DNA of 64,000 bases from Marsupella aquatica. Taxonomy: Eukaryota; Plantae; Marchantiophyta. Position 1 is the stretch's first letter. Every line of letters starts with the position of its first letter. The position numbers were made by a program, and so were the translations under genes. The notes beneath the pieces are model-generated. The model saw nothing but the letters and a program-made list of their open reading frames with translations. It had not been told where the DNA came from and searched no databases. This document shows, piece after piece, positions 34,901-45,670 of this stretch. The stretch is taken from NCBI GenBank assembly GCA_973895155.1, contig OZ316891.1, forward strand, positions 16,393,551 to 16,457,550. Reading direction: 5' to 3'.

Positions 34901-35810
34901 GACTTAAACCATCTCTGCTAGACAGAAAAGTTCCTAAATGGAATGTCCCTGACCACACTTTGGCCACATCTTTCTTTCGTGGAATGGACCCATTTTTATC
35001 TGATGACGGAATGCTGGCCATTTTACATAACGGGGAATACGATCCGATGTCTCAGGTTATATCGGCTTGTCAAGATTCAAAGAAGTTTCATTGCATCTCG
35101 TCACACAATGTTGTCATGTCAGTTCCAATGTACGCGCCGAAGACTGATTGACAGGTAAATTTCTCATCGTGACATCTGGTTTTCCGTTAAAAAATTGTCT
35201 ACAAATGCATCCATTGACATACCTTGCTTGGGTTATATTACAGATCTTCACGCTGAGGCTGGACGTCTTCTCTCGACTGTCTGAAAAAGGGAAGGTGCCA
35301 AAAGACTCAAGGTTTAGACCTCTGTCTGCCACCGAAGATCCCTCAATAACAAATTTAATTGGACTTCCCTCTCTCAAAGTTGATCCAACACCTGAGATGG
35401 AATTTGCTGGAAATGCCCGATTGTCTGTTGGATTCATGCAATCTATGATTGAGCTCATCACTCGTCCGAGGGATATTTTCATGGATTGGACAGTGGGGTC
35501 GGGCAGCTCTTTTGTAGCTGGAGACTATTCTGGGAGGTTTGTAATTGGAGTGGAGAATAGAAAAGATTTCGTTGAGACTGGTTCCAAGGTGTTCTTAGAT
35601 CTACTTTCTCCAAAGGAAGTCGAAACTTTGCCACCCCCAATTCAGCCACCCGAAAAGAAAAAGAGGGACAAGCTCCGTTCTGTACTCAATTTTGACTCTG
35701 ACGATGAGTCAAGTGGTGGTACAGCAGACGAAGATGAAGATGGCACACCTGAGGGGAAGGGTCAGGAACAATCCGCTGGCCAGAGTGACAGCGATGACTC
35801 TTCCGAGTAA
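31962..35810 (+). pseudogene. ParB/Srx-like domain + amino-(N4C/N6A) DNA methyltransferase-fold fusion; 4 exons, one in-frame TGA at 35149
   Basis: Exons 31962-32698, 32832-34165, 34451-35154 and 35244-35810 splice in frame. FDGNHRL (ParB-like); FLSDDGMLAIL and MIELITRPRDIFMDWTVGSGSS..GRFVIGVE (beta-class MTase motifs VI, X-I-II). Confidence 0.75.
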
Positions 35811-36207
35811 TGTTCTGAAACTCGTAAGCTTCTTTTTCCTTTCCAGTTCCTTCATGGCTTTGTGATATCCATTCATACAATCGGTTGACGAACTTTTGTT
35901 CTCACCCAGGTCCGAATGGAATACGAGAAGACGCTTCAAACTCAGAAGAAAGGTAGCTCGTTTTGAAATTGTCACTCCGGAGAAACCATTTGTGTTACCC
36001 TCTTACGCTGAGAATGCTGCAAGAATGGAAGACAATCAGAGGACTCTTTGTTGGGAAAACAAAGGTCTCCGGCTACGAAGAGGAGTTGATAGGAAATTTG
36101 TCTGAAATCCTTATGTAGACGACGTTTGTAGGAGCAAGTATGTAGATGATGAGGCGGTCTCTACCGAGAGGTCACAGAGCTCCGAATCGGAATCGTCCGA
36201 TTCTTAA
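35810..36207 (+). pseudogene. Small spliced gene 3 of copy 1 (~105 aa, unknown), two stops
   Basis: Homologous to 54043-54457 (SEWN.RRRFKLRRK..PFVLPSYAE..LCWENKGL.LRRGVDRKF); intron 35824-35909. Confidence 0.6.
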
Positions 36208-36623
36208 AGAGTTTTTTTGGCTTACATTTTACCAGCGTCGGGCGCTGTTATCTTAATCCATTTATTTATCATATTACATATGATTTGTTTACATTACATT
36301 GATAATAAAATGGATTAAATTCATTATTTCCCTTACTAGCGTCGGGCGCTCCCCAAACATCTATTTTTCTACTTGCGAATTTTGAATCCTCCGTCCGTTC
36401 CTTGGCCCCTCATATTTTGTCGCTCTCGGAACAGTCGTCTCTTTCTCAACGGTCCTTTTTGCGTTGAACCTTTCTGTGATACGTTTTTTCGGATCTCCGA
36501 ACCTAAACTCTCCATTGGGTCGCTGTTGCAAGGTATTTCGAACACAACCTCTCTCGAAGTCGAGTCTTTTCAACACCACCGGTCTTGTCATTAGCTTCGA
36601 TTGCGTTTACCAGTGCCCACCAG

Positions 36624-37093
36624 ATGGAGAAGAAGGAGATCATGTCTTTGGAGGAGATGCTTGCCTTCTTTGCTCCTTCCAAAGTTCGACCGGACGAGAG
36701 TCACTTTAGCTCCTTCGAGTCCATTCATGGTGACACATCCAGCGAGACCTCGACCTTCCGGAATCGTTTTTCTCTTCCTTATGATGAGGCGATTAGTCCC
36801 GGGGAGAGGAACTTACCTTGGATTAATGACCGGGACACTCCGCTCGCAGTTGTTGATCGTTTTTTGTTTCATTCTCTCGTTCCTGCTGATGGTATTCAGC
36901 CTATTGAGCTATGAGTACAAGAGCGACTGGGACGTGTTGACTTCCTAGATACAAATGTTCCAGACCTCGGGAATCAGAGTTCGGAGTTTCGGCGCCCCTC
37001 GTCTTCTTATGTGCGTCTCAGGGGTCTAGGTTTCAAGCAAAACCACAGACATGCCAGGGCGGGCATCGACGACGACTGCCAGTCGCAGAGCTA
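36624..37093 (+). pseudogene. Gene 4 of copy 1 (~155 aa, unknown), one stop
   Basis: Homologous to 55054-55515 (ESHFSSFES, ETSTFRNR..LPYDEAISPGE.N.PWI, YVRLRGLGFK, DDDC). Confidence 0.65.
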
Positions 37094-40000
37094 AAGTTAA
37101 TCATGATGGAGATGGTTTCAGTGACACAAGCTTCAGTGGCCATAGGCTTTCCATTTAAGCTAGTGCCGAGCGCTGCTTTTGTTCGTCTTAGACCGTGGGA
37201 TTTCTTCTATGGGTGATTCTAAGTTCATGTATTTCCGGCTCCATCTTTGGCCCATTTTGGATCAGCGGCCCTGTTATGTGCGGCTCAGGTCGAGTTAAAG
37301 CACATACGGGCCAGGGCGGGCTACATTTAACATAGCTAGATTTTAGCTAGCGCCGAGCGTTGCTTATGTTCATGTTTTTCCGTGGGTTGATTTGAAGATG
37401 ATCTGCGGATGGTGTAATACCGGTTATATGTTTTGACCAATTTTGGAATTAAGGAATGCACTTTTGGATCGGCTCTCTTGTTCTTTCATGGTCATTCATT
37501 GATTCCTAGATTTGAGCTAGCGCCGAGCGCTGCCTATGGTCATTGTGTTCCTTGTTTAGACGTTGATTTCTTGAGGTCCGACATTTAATGTAGCGGCCAT
37601 CGCTGAAAATATTCAACGTCTGCCATTGCCTCTGTTTGTTGGAAATGCTTCAAATTGAGTTTCCTGTGTTCACTTCTCGATTGATGTGACGGACAATCTC
37701 TTCCACCATACTAGCGCTGGGCGCTGCTAATATCCGCATGTTTTGGCAATGCCTTTTTCTATTGGTCGTTAAGTTTACTGTTCTCTTCTCGATTGACGTT
37801 ACGTAGAATCTCCATCTTTTTCGTTATTTTATGAATACCTAAATTTTGCCCTTCCCTGCCGACATACTACCGTTGTGCGCTGGCCATCACCGGTTTTCGG
37901 CAACACCTTTATTCTAATGGCCCCTACTTTCCTTGACAATTGGATGGTGGTATTGAAAACGACTGAAAATGGGGTTTATTGATGGGTTTTTTTTAACTTA
38001 TTGACCAAATAATGGAGCTCAATCCCATGTTCTTTTTTCCATTTCTCCTGGTAACAGTAACTGTTTGCTGTTACTGTTTCCTGGTTCCTGTCGTTTGTAA
38101 ATACCCCGCTGAAGCCGGAGGTACCGGATTCAGACCTATTAGAATTCGTGGGGTCATGGGAACCCGAGACCAATTGCACGAGGATATATGGGAAGGATTT
38201 CTATCTTACTCCCAAGGTGATTGCCGAAGTGTTTGGCTTGCCGATAGGCAATAAGACCAAAGTTGATACCAGGAAGACCTTGCCTGACAAGGAGTTCCGG
38301 TCGTTCCCCGGGCCATCAACGAAGAATGGCTTCTTCTGGAACACCTGCACCAACCCGCACATAGGAGAGATGATCGACTTCTTGCGGGTGACCATGCATT
38401 GTAACTTGCCGAGGGCAGAGATCGGCAAAGCACAGGTCTATCTGGCAGAGAGGCCAGACCCAAGCCGGGACTACAATGGGTACCTCCTCAACCAATTGAA
38501 GAAGATCTTAAAGGAGGAGCAGCAGGTAATCGGCATGGGGAGCGTGTCGCGGCTTGGCTATCACATGCCGCTGTTGTGCCGGTATGCCAGAGGTCAGACC
38601 TTTGCCCCAGTACTTCCCCTGCAGGTAAGGGCACCCGAGGAAGCTCCAGCACCGAGGCCGGTAGTAGAGAAGCCTCAACCACCTGTTAGCCCTACGATTG
38701 AGCAGGTGTTTAGGCCAAGGAAGGAAGACTTGCAGATGCAGCAACCAAGCATACAGAATCTGCTGAAAATGCTGGAGAAGGAAAAGATGGCACCGGCTTC
38801 GACAGCAACACCAATACAGGACACTGCCCCAGAGATCAACCTAAGCAGAATCAGGCCAGAATCCAAGCCGGGTGTTCGAATGTACATGGGAGTCTCAAGC
38901 TCTGAATCTGAGGTAGAATTGCCTGAAGCTCCTATCGACGAAGAAGAGAGGGAGAAGCCGGAAGTCCAAGAAGTAGAGGAGGCAGTGGAGGACTGCAGCC
39001 ATGATAACTCCGGCTATGGGTCGGACCATCACGTTCCAGGAGTAAGGACCTGTGGCCGGTTTATCCCCACACTTCCAAGGGTAGTACGAGGGGACCCCAA
39101 CCAGTAGAGTAGCCCTGAGTCTCCCCCACCAGATATTGCTCCCCCGAGCTTTGACAGCATAAAACAGACGGCGCAGGAATTTCAGGAGCGAATCAGGCAG
39201 GAAGAGAAGGCAGCCCTGGCTAGGGAAAAGGATTTTCCAGGAGGAGATTGGCCGGAGGACATCAGGCGGCTAGCCGAAAAAGGAAGCAAACCTCTAGCCA
39301 CGATTGAAGAGATCCGCAAGACGGCTTGGGAGCAAAGGCCGCGATGGGCGATGCCGATCACTTCTACTTATTCCACCTACGCTAAGAATAGAGCCATGGA
39401 GTATGGTGAGATGTGTGGGGAACTTGTGCTCGGCATCTTTGGGGAGGAGTTGGAGGTAGGACCCTTTTTCCATAGGGAGCAGTTGGAGAAGCACCAATTA
39501 GAAGAAGCGGTGGCTTTAGAGAGAAGCAAGAAGGACGAGGTCATCCGGCGGCTTAGGAGGATGGAAGCCGAGATTGAAGATCTAAGGGCGACCAAGAAAG
39601 CCCAAGATGAACTGCGGATTAAGCGGCATGAGCTGAACATCATGCAGGGGCAGTTGGACACAGCGCAGGCTGATAATCAGATTATCAAGGATAAACTGAC
39701 TTAGACCCAGGGAGAATTGGCCGACGCAATCAAGGACAGGGAGAAATGGAAGAAGGAGTTGAGAAACGCAGAGGAGGCCCATATAGCAGTCAACAACCGG
39801 GTCACGGCGGAGACTCAAAGAAAGGAATGGGCGTTGAAGGGGGAGCTCGAGAAAATCCACGGAGTCCTTGAGCAGAAGGAGGCCGAGTTAGGGAAATCCT
39901 ATCAAGGGATTATTGCGCTACAGCAGGAACTTGCGTCCCTGACGGCCAGCTTCAAGGCCGACCTGCGGGAGAAGGACGCCCAGCTCGACCAGACTTATGC

Positions 40001-41716
40001 CAAGATGAATAACATGGAGTCTGAGGTCGTAGCGGAGCTCGACAAGGAGCTAAGAGCAACCCAGGAGGAGAGGGCTACCACCAAGAAGGAATTGGAGGAA
40101 GCCCACAAGGAATTGGAGGAAGCCAAAAACGAGCTGGAGGAGGCACGTAAGGACCTGGATGAGACCCAGGAGGAGTTGGAGGAAATCACGAGGAAGATGG
40201 AGAACCTACAGCGGCGGGCCGCCAACCAAACGGAGCGGCTGAAGAAACAAGCCGCAGTATTTAAATGCTTAGCTGCATCAGGTCCATCTCCCGTTGGGGC
40301 AAACTAGTTACCAGGGGTGGTAATTACCGAAGGACCAGCCGTGACACACGGCCCGGTGCCGGACGTTGATGGCAAAGGGAAGGAACAGGCCGTGGAAATA
40401 GTGAAGAAGAAGAAGCGGAAACCTTCGGGGTCCGGAGGTTATTCGACCCCTCAAGCCGTACTCAAACCGGCACCAACCTCCGGCATGAACACGGCAATAG
40501 ATTCCGCTATCACCAAAGGTGGGGATGGCGCGGCCCAAGCCGAACTACTCAGTAATGAGGCCGGTATCCCAGATCCACCTCTTGAGCAGGCCGGGGAGAC
40601 AGTGGCTGAAGCCGAGGCTGAGGCCGTAGCCGAGAATGATTCCCGAGCCGATGCCGAAGGCGAGGGTGGGCCCAGTCAGGCCAATGAAAAGTTGACTCGG
40701 TCAGAGGCAGGTAATCTGTAAGAGGACGGACCAACTGCAGTGGTTGCGGAGGAAGCATTGGGGGCGTCCATTGAGGATCCACCACCGGTGTCATGACGGT
40801 GCAAGAGCGTCGTTCCTTTTAGGAAGGGCGGACGTGGAGGTAGGAGGCGTGAGTGGGCAGGGCGGGCGTTGATCTCCAAGTTTAGGATTAGGATCAGGAC
40901 CAGGAGCGGCCCTGACACTTAGCTTAGTGGGATTGCGGTTCCACTGGTAGGAGCAACACTTGTGCTCCTGCCTTGCTGTACATAGGTAGTTTCGGGCAGG
41001 TAGGTTACTGTTAGGGAGATTAGGCTTATGCTGCAAAGAATTAGGCGGATCCACTACCAGGATAAGTACCTGGGCAGCGGGGAGCTCCGGGCCTCTTCTT
41101 TAGCAAGTTTTTAGTTTGCACCAGCCGGGCTGGGATCAAGTAGTAAGAGAAGCTCTCGGTTAGTCATACCGTGACCTTGTGTATATTCATGTTTCCTCAT
41201 GCCTAAGAGCTGAATAGAGTTGGCCTCACGGCTTAGTTCGCAGAGCTTGTGTATGAGATGTACTGTTTGTATGGCAAGTGCATGGTATGACTCAGTCAGA
41301 AGGAGTCATTTTGCTATTTGTGTGTCGCATTAACTTGTGTGAAGAGTGCCCACATCAACCAGAAGGAAGGAAAGTAAACAAGGGAGTGAGAGTTGGATGT
41401 GTCGAGTTGAGAGAGGTCTTAGCGGCTTAACCAAGCCTATTGGGGATCATTCCGGCGGCGGAATCCAAACATACCTAACCAGAAGGAGAGGAAGACAAGG
41501 GAAGGCCTAGATTAGGTCGGCTACGTATCTCATGACCCGATGAAGGATCTGTCCAGTATATGTGTGTAAAAGGCTAATAGTAATAAGAGGAGGAGGTTAG
41601 CAGCGTCCCATGCCGCTAAGCCGCGGAAACGGCCTCGCCAAGCACGAAACCTGCGGGAATCGGCTTGAGCTGGGGGGTTTCTTGGGTTTAGGGAGCCATG
41701 GGATGCACCACATTTT

Positions 41717-41734
41717 TGGCGCTAGATGGAGGGG
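41717..41734 (+). promoter_or_regulatory. Primer-binding site of element B (tRNA-Asn-like)
   Basis: TGGCGCTAGATGGAGGGG 4 nt after the LTR end; tRNA identity from recall of plant tRNA 3' ends. Confidence 0.7.
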
Positions 41735-44700
41735 GCATTTCTTAAGCCGTGAGATATGAAGTTAGAAAGGAAGCGTAGGTAATGACTGACCTTACGCCGA
41801 GGGAAGAAAGAGTGATTCAACGGGAGAGCTCGACTGCAGCAGCTCGCCGGGTGGCATGATACACAGCGACTGAGAGGGGCAGAAAGAGCTGGTAGCTCCA
41901 AAGCTGGAAGTGGCATCGAAGAAGACATACCAGAAGAAGAGTCGGTAAGGAGAAGTGAGTCTCCAACCAACATGGGGGAACCAGAGGCACGGCCAGACGA
42001 GAGGCCAGGGACCAGACTGAGCCAACGGTCGCGCATTCATTACAAGGCATTTCATGGGAGAGGAGATGAGGATCCGGACGAATGGTTGGATGATTTCGAG
42101 GGAACCGCTGCAGCAAATGGAGAATCGGCCATCAAGATGCAGATTCTTCCCGGCCTGTTCAAGGGTGAGGCTAGGCCTTGGTACAGAGCATTAGATGTGG
42201 AAGATCAAGCCATCTGGGATATCTTCAAAACACTCTTTGTTAAGGAGTTTCGACCCATTGGAACTTCAGAACTAGCAGTGCTGAAGTTGGGACGACTTTG
42301 GTTCAAGGAGAACAAATCCTTCAGGAAGTTCTTGCAACGCTTTCAGAAACTGGTAAGACGTACAAAGACCAATGCATCTGAAGGTATGCAACTTCAATGG
42401 TTGGTGAATGCTTTGCCACAGAAGATGAGTTTTGCAATTAGGAAGGAGAACCCGGAGACCTTGGCCGAGGCAATTAAGGATATTCAATTATACATTAATG
42501 CAGATATCACGAGCCGGAAGAAACAACTTAAGTCAGAGAGTTCCTCATCAGAGGAGGGATCACCCCATAAGAAAAAGGATAAGAAGAAGAAACATTCTAA
42601 GAAGTCAAGAAGTGATAACTCAAGCTCGGATAGTGGAAGTAGCAAGAGTGAGTCATCTTCTAGTTCTAAAGAAGAAAAAACTAGGAAAAGAAAGGCCAGA
42701 AGGAGAGGGAAGACGAAAGTCAAGCTGGAGGCTAAGCCACCAGATAACATCGTAGCCCTTACCGAGCAACTTAAGGCTATAATTGCAGAGGTAAAGCCGA
42801 AGAAGAAGGTAGTAGAGGAGGATAGCTCTGTATGGTGTGCCTTATGTTATAAAACGGACACCATAAAGATGCGTGTCCTAAACTTAATACTAATCATGTT
42901 CGGCATGTGGCCGAGATCAGACCATGTCAGGGAGAAGTAGAGTACTTTTTAGGGGATGCCGCTGATAGTGTTTTCGGCATCAGTGAGACTGGAGCACGAG
43001 ACCTATCCAACAAACCTGCATCCCTGTGGTCAGGATTAAGGAACAATCCAGGAGAGATGTATCCTCGGATTATTCAAAACCCGTCAGTACCTCCTAGGCC
43101 GAATGTGCAAAGATTTGCGGCATGCTATAATTGTGGTCAACCTGGCCATTTTGCTAGAGAGTGCCCGAATGCACGCAAACAGGGTGATGGACAACCAGCT
43201 CAGCTATGTATGGGATGCCGACAGGAAGGTCATATGCTAGGACAATGTCCTACTTGGGTGGCAGGCCTGGCCGCAAATCATAAGCTCTTGCCAGTTAAGG
43301 TCTTACCGCCAGGTACTACCCCCGGAGGAGTTCAAATCAACCACATCAAACTAGGATGGCAAGAGGATGCCGAGGCAGAGTTCGTACCATCCGATGATGA
43401 GGCCGAAGCCCTATCAACCTTCTCAGAAGAGGATTTAGATCATGATTGCTACCGGGTCTCTACTCGATCTACCAGAAGGAAGGAAAGGTGGGATGGGCTG
43501 GCCAAAAATAAAGGGAAGGTCCAGGAAGAAAAGATCGACTCTTCGAAAACATCAACGGAAGGAGAAGGGAGGGCTCCGGCAATCCAGGTAAGCCATGAGC
43601 CCACCAGTGAGCCCAATCCTTCACAAGATAGCGACTTCAATCGAGATCATCCTAAGTTGTTCTACCCCTCTGTTATGGCTAGTGTTAAGGAACAACTGAG
43701 AGAATTAGAAACCCTGGAGAATACCGAAGCCATAGCCAAGGATGTGAAACGAGCAAAAGCATTGTTTGCTTCGGAGGATCCAACAGCTGTGGAGACTAGC
43801 GTGGCAAAACAGGCCGAAGCCCAGAAGGAAACATCACCGGAGGAGAATCCGATTGTTCCCTATGACCTGGCTAAAGATGTGCTAGAATCTAGAGTCTCGG
43901 CAACAGTTGGTCAACTATTGAAAAATAGCCCGTACTTCCGGAAGCAATTAAGGAAGGCTATTCTCGGCAAGCCGAGATTACCCAAGGTAGCAACCAAATC
44001 CGACGTGCTGATGATAGAGGAAGATCAAGGAGCCCCAGCTTTACCATTAATGATTCAAGGAGAAATATTACTACGGGTACCCATTGATGGAGGATCCGGG
44101 GTATGTATCATGATTGATTCAACAGCAAAAGGATGGGGTCTAACACCGGAGATGACTGGAAGAGTGTTGAACATGGCCAATGGATATCAGGTCATTCCCA
44201 CGGGAGTGTTAACCGGCATCAAGACAGAGATAGGAGGTATCTTCTTTAGCATTAACTATGTAGTAATGAAGCCGGTAAACCCTACGTCGTTTCGGCTATT
44301 AATTGGCAGGCCATGGCTGTACCTAGCCGAGGTAATAGAAGATTGGGGTAAAAAGCAGTTCACTTTCGGGACCCCCTCTATCACGGTATCCTGGGACACT
44401 AAGGATGACTGTAGTAAAAGCATAAGGGAAGTAGATGGGTACGACAGTGGACTGGAGTCAGCCGATGAAGTACGTTGGTTAGAATGCCTCGCTGACCAAA
44501 CCGAAGAAAGTGTCTTTGGACCAGAGGTACCCCCCAACGGATTATGGCAAGAACCAATGAAAGGTGACTTGGAAGAAGAAGACGAAGAGGTCGAGGACTG
44601 CTTTACAATAGAATCCACCTTTTTAGCTGCAATTCCGGAGGAAGTAAAGGATGTAGACCAATTGGATGAAATGGCTAAGTGGGGAGCAGTAGCAGGGATA

Positions 44701-45670
44701 GTGGATTTTCTGCAGGCGTTGTGGCAGAGCCGACGGGGTCCACAACGCCATCGATCATCGACAAGGAATTAAATACCAAGGGATCGGCATACAGGCCGAT
44801 TACGAGGGCAGAACAAATTGAGGCCCTATTAGAAGCCGGGAGAGCACAGCGGCCTGACCCTCAGGAGGAAGAGGTGGATGAGATGCACAGACAGAATCCA
44901 GAGTCAAGGCAGGAAAGAAAACCGACTACCAATTCAAAACCGAATAGGCCGGCAAGGGGTATGATAGTCACAATAGAAAACAAAAAACAGAAAACCTGTT
45001 ACCAGGGGTTTATTTTTTGTTAACAGGGAAATTGTACCTGTTACCAATAAGCATGTCCCTATTACCAGTTTTTCCTGAACCATGACGTGCATATCCACCA
45101 CTCTAAGGTGCATATCCACCACTCTAATGGCATAATTTTTTGGGGGGCAATAAAGTTTAAAACAAACAATTATTTTGTGCCATCCGATGGATGAAGTGTA
45201 CTATCAATCCTCCATTGACACAACAATTTATTGTAGAAGATAAAAAAACATGGTATTAGGAGTGTGCCTAAAGAAACATTCATGCAAATCAATCTATTTT
45301 CATCGCCAAATAGTGACCCTTAGAGTGGGACCCACCATAGCACATGTCAATCGTGGAGTCCAAATGAACCCAATCTAAAGGAGTTGATTAAATGGACCTT
45401 GGAACGTCACAAACAAATGACAAATCACATCCTCGAGGCTTTGAAGACAGTAGACAATTTAATCAACTTACACATTTTAAATAAAACAAGAGGTCATTCT
45501 TCCACAACGCACGTACATAATGAAGCAATGAATATCCGGTTTCCTAGAACCAGCGCCCGACGCTAACCAACAAAGTCTCAATAAAACAACTAAAATATCT
45601 GTTGGAAAAAGACAAAATAGGGAATAACCGTTATATTGAACGACGACCTATTGGGCAGTTTCGATCTCTC

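Larger units (their letters stand above)
26523..38107. mobile_element. Mutator-like DNA transposon, copy 1 (11.6 kb), with ParB-MTase cargo
   Basis: 9-bp TSD GCTGAAGCC (26514-26522, 38108-38116). Removing it restores PWLKPEVP of the LTR ORF. Ends GGGTAT...ATACCCC with subterminal repeats. Confidence 0.93.
25595..40796 (+). pseudogene. LTR-B-encoded ~1200-aa protein, disrupted by stops, a frameshift and transposon copy 1
   Basis: Fragments 25595-26522 and 38117-40796 are collinear with the intact frames at 59309+ and 60979-63990(-). Confidence 0.85.
25480..41712 (+). repeat. 5' LTR of element B (~4.64 kb after removing the 26523-38116 insertion)
   Basis: Matches 59194-60065 directly and 60066-64000 in reverse complement. 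Confidence 0.92.

Noticed and set aside
31962-35810. Bacterial contamination explaining the ParB/MTase gene
   Set aside because: The gene has in-frame GT-AG introns and sits in TSD-flanked insertions within plant-type retroelements.
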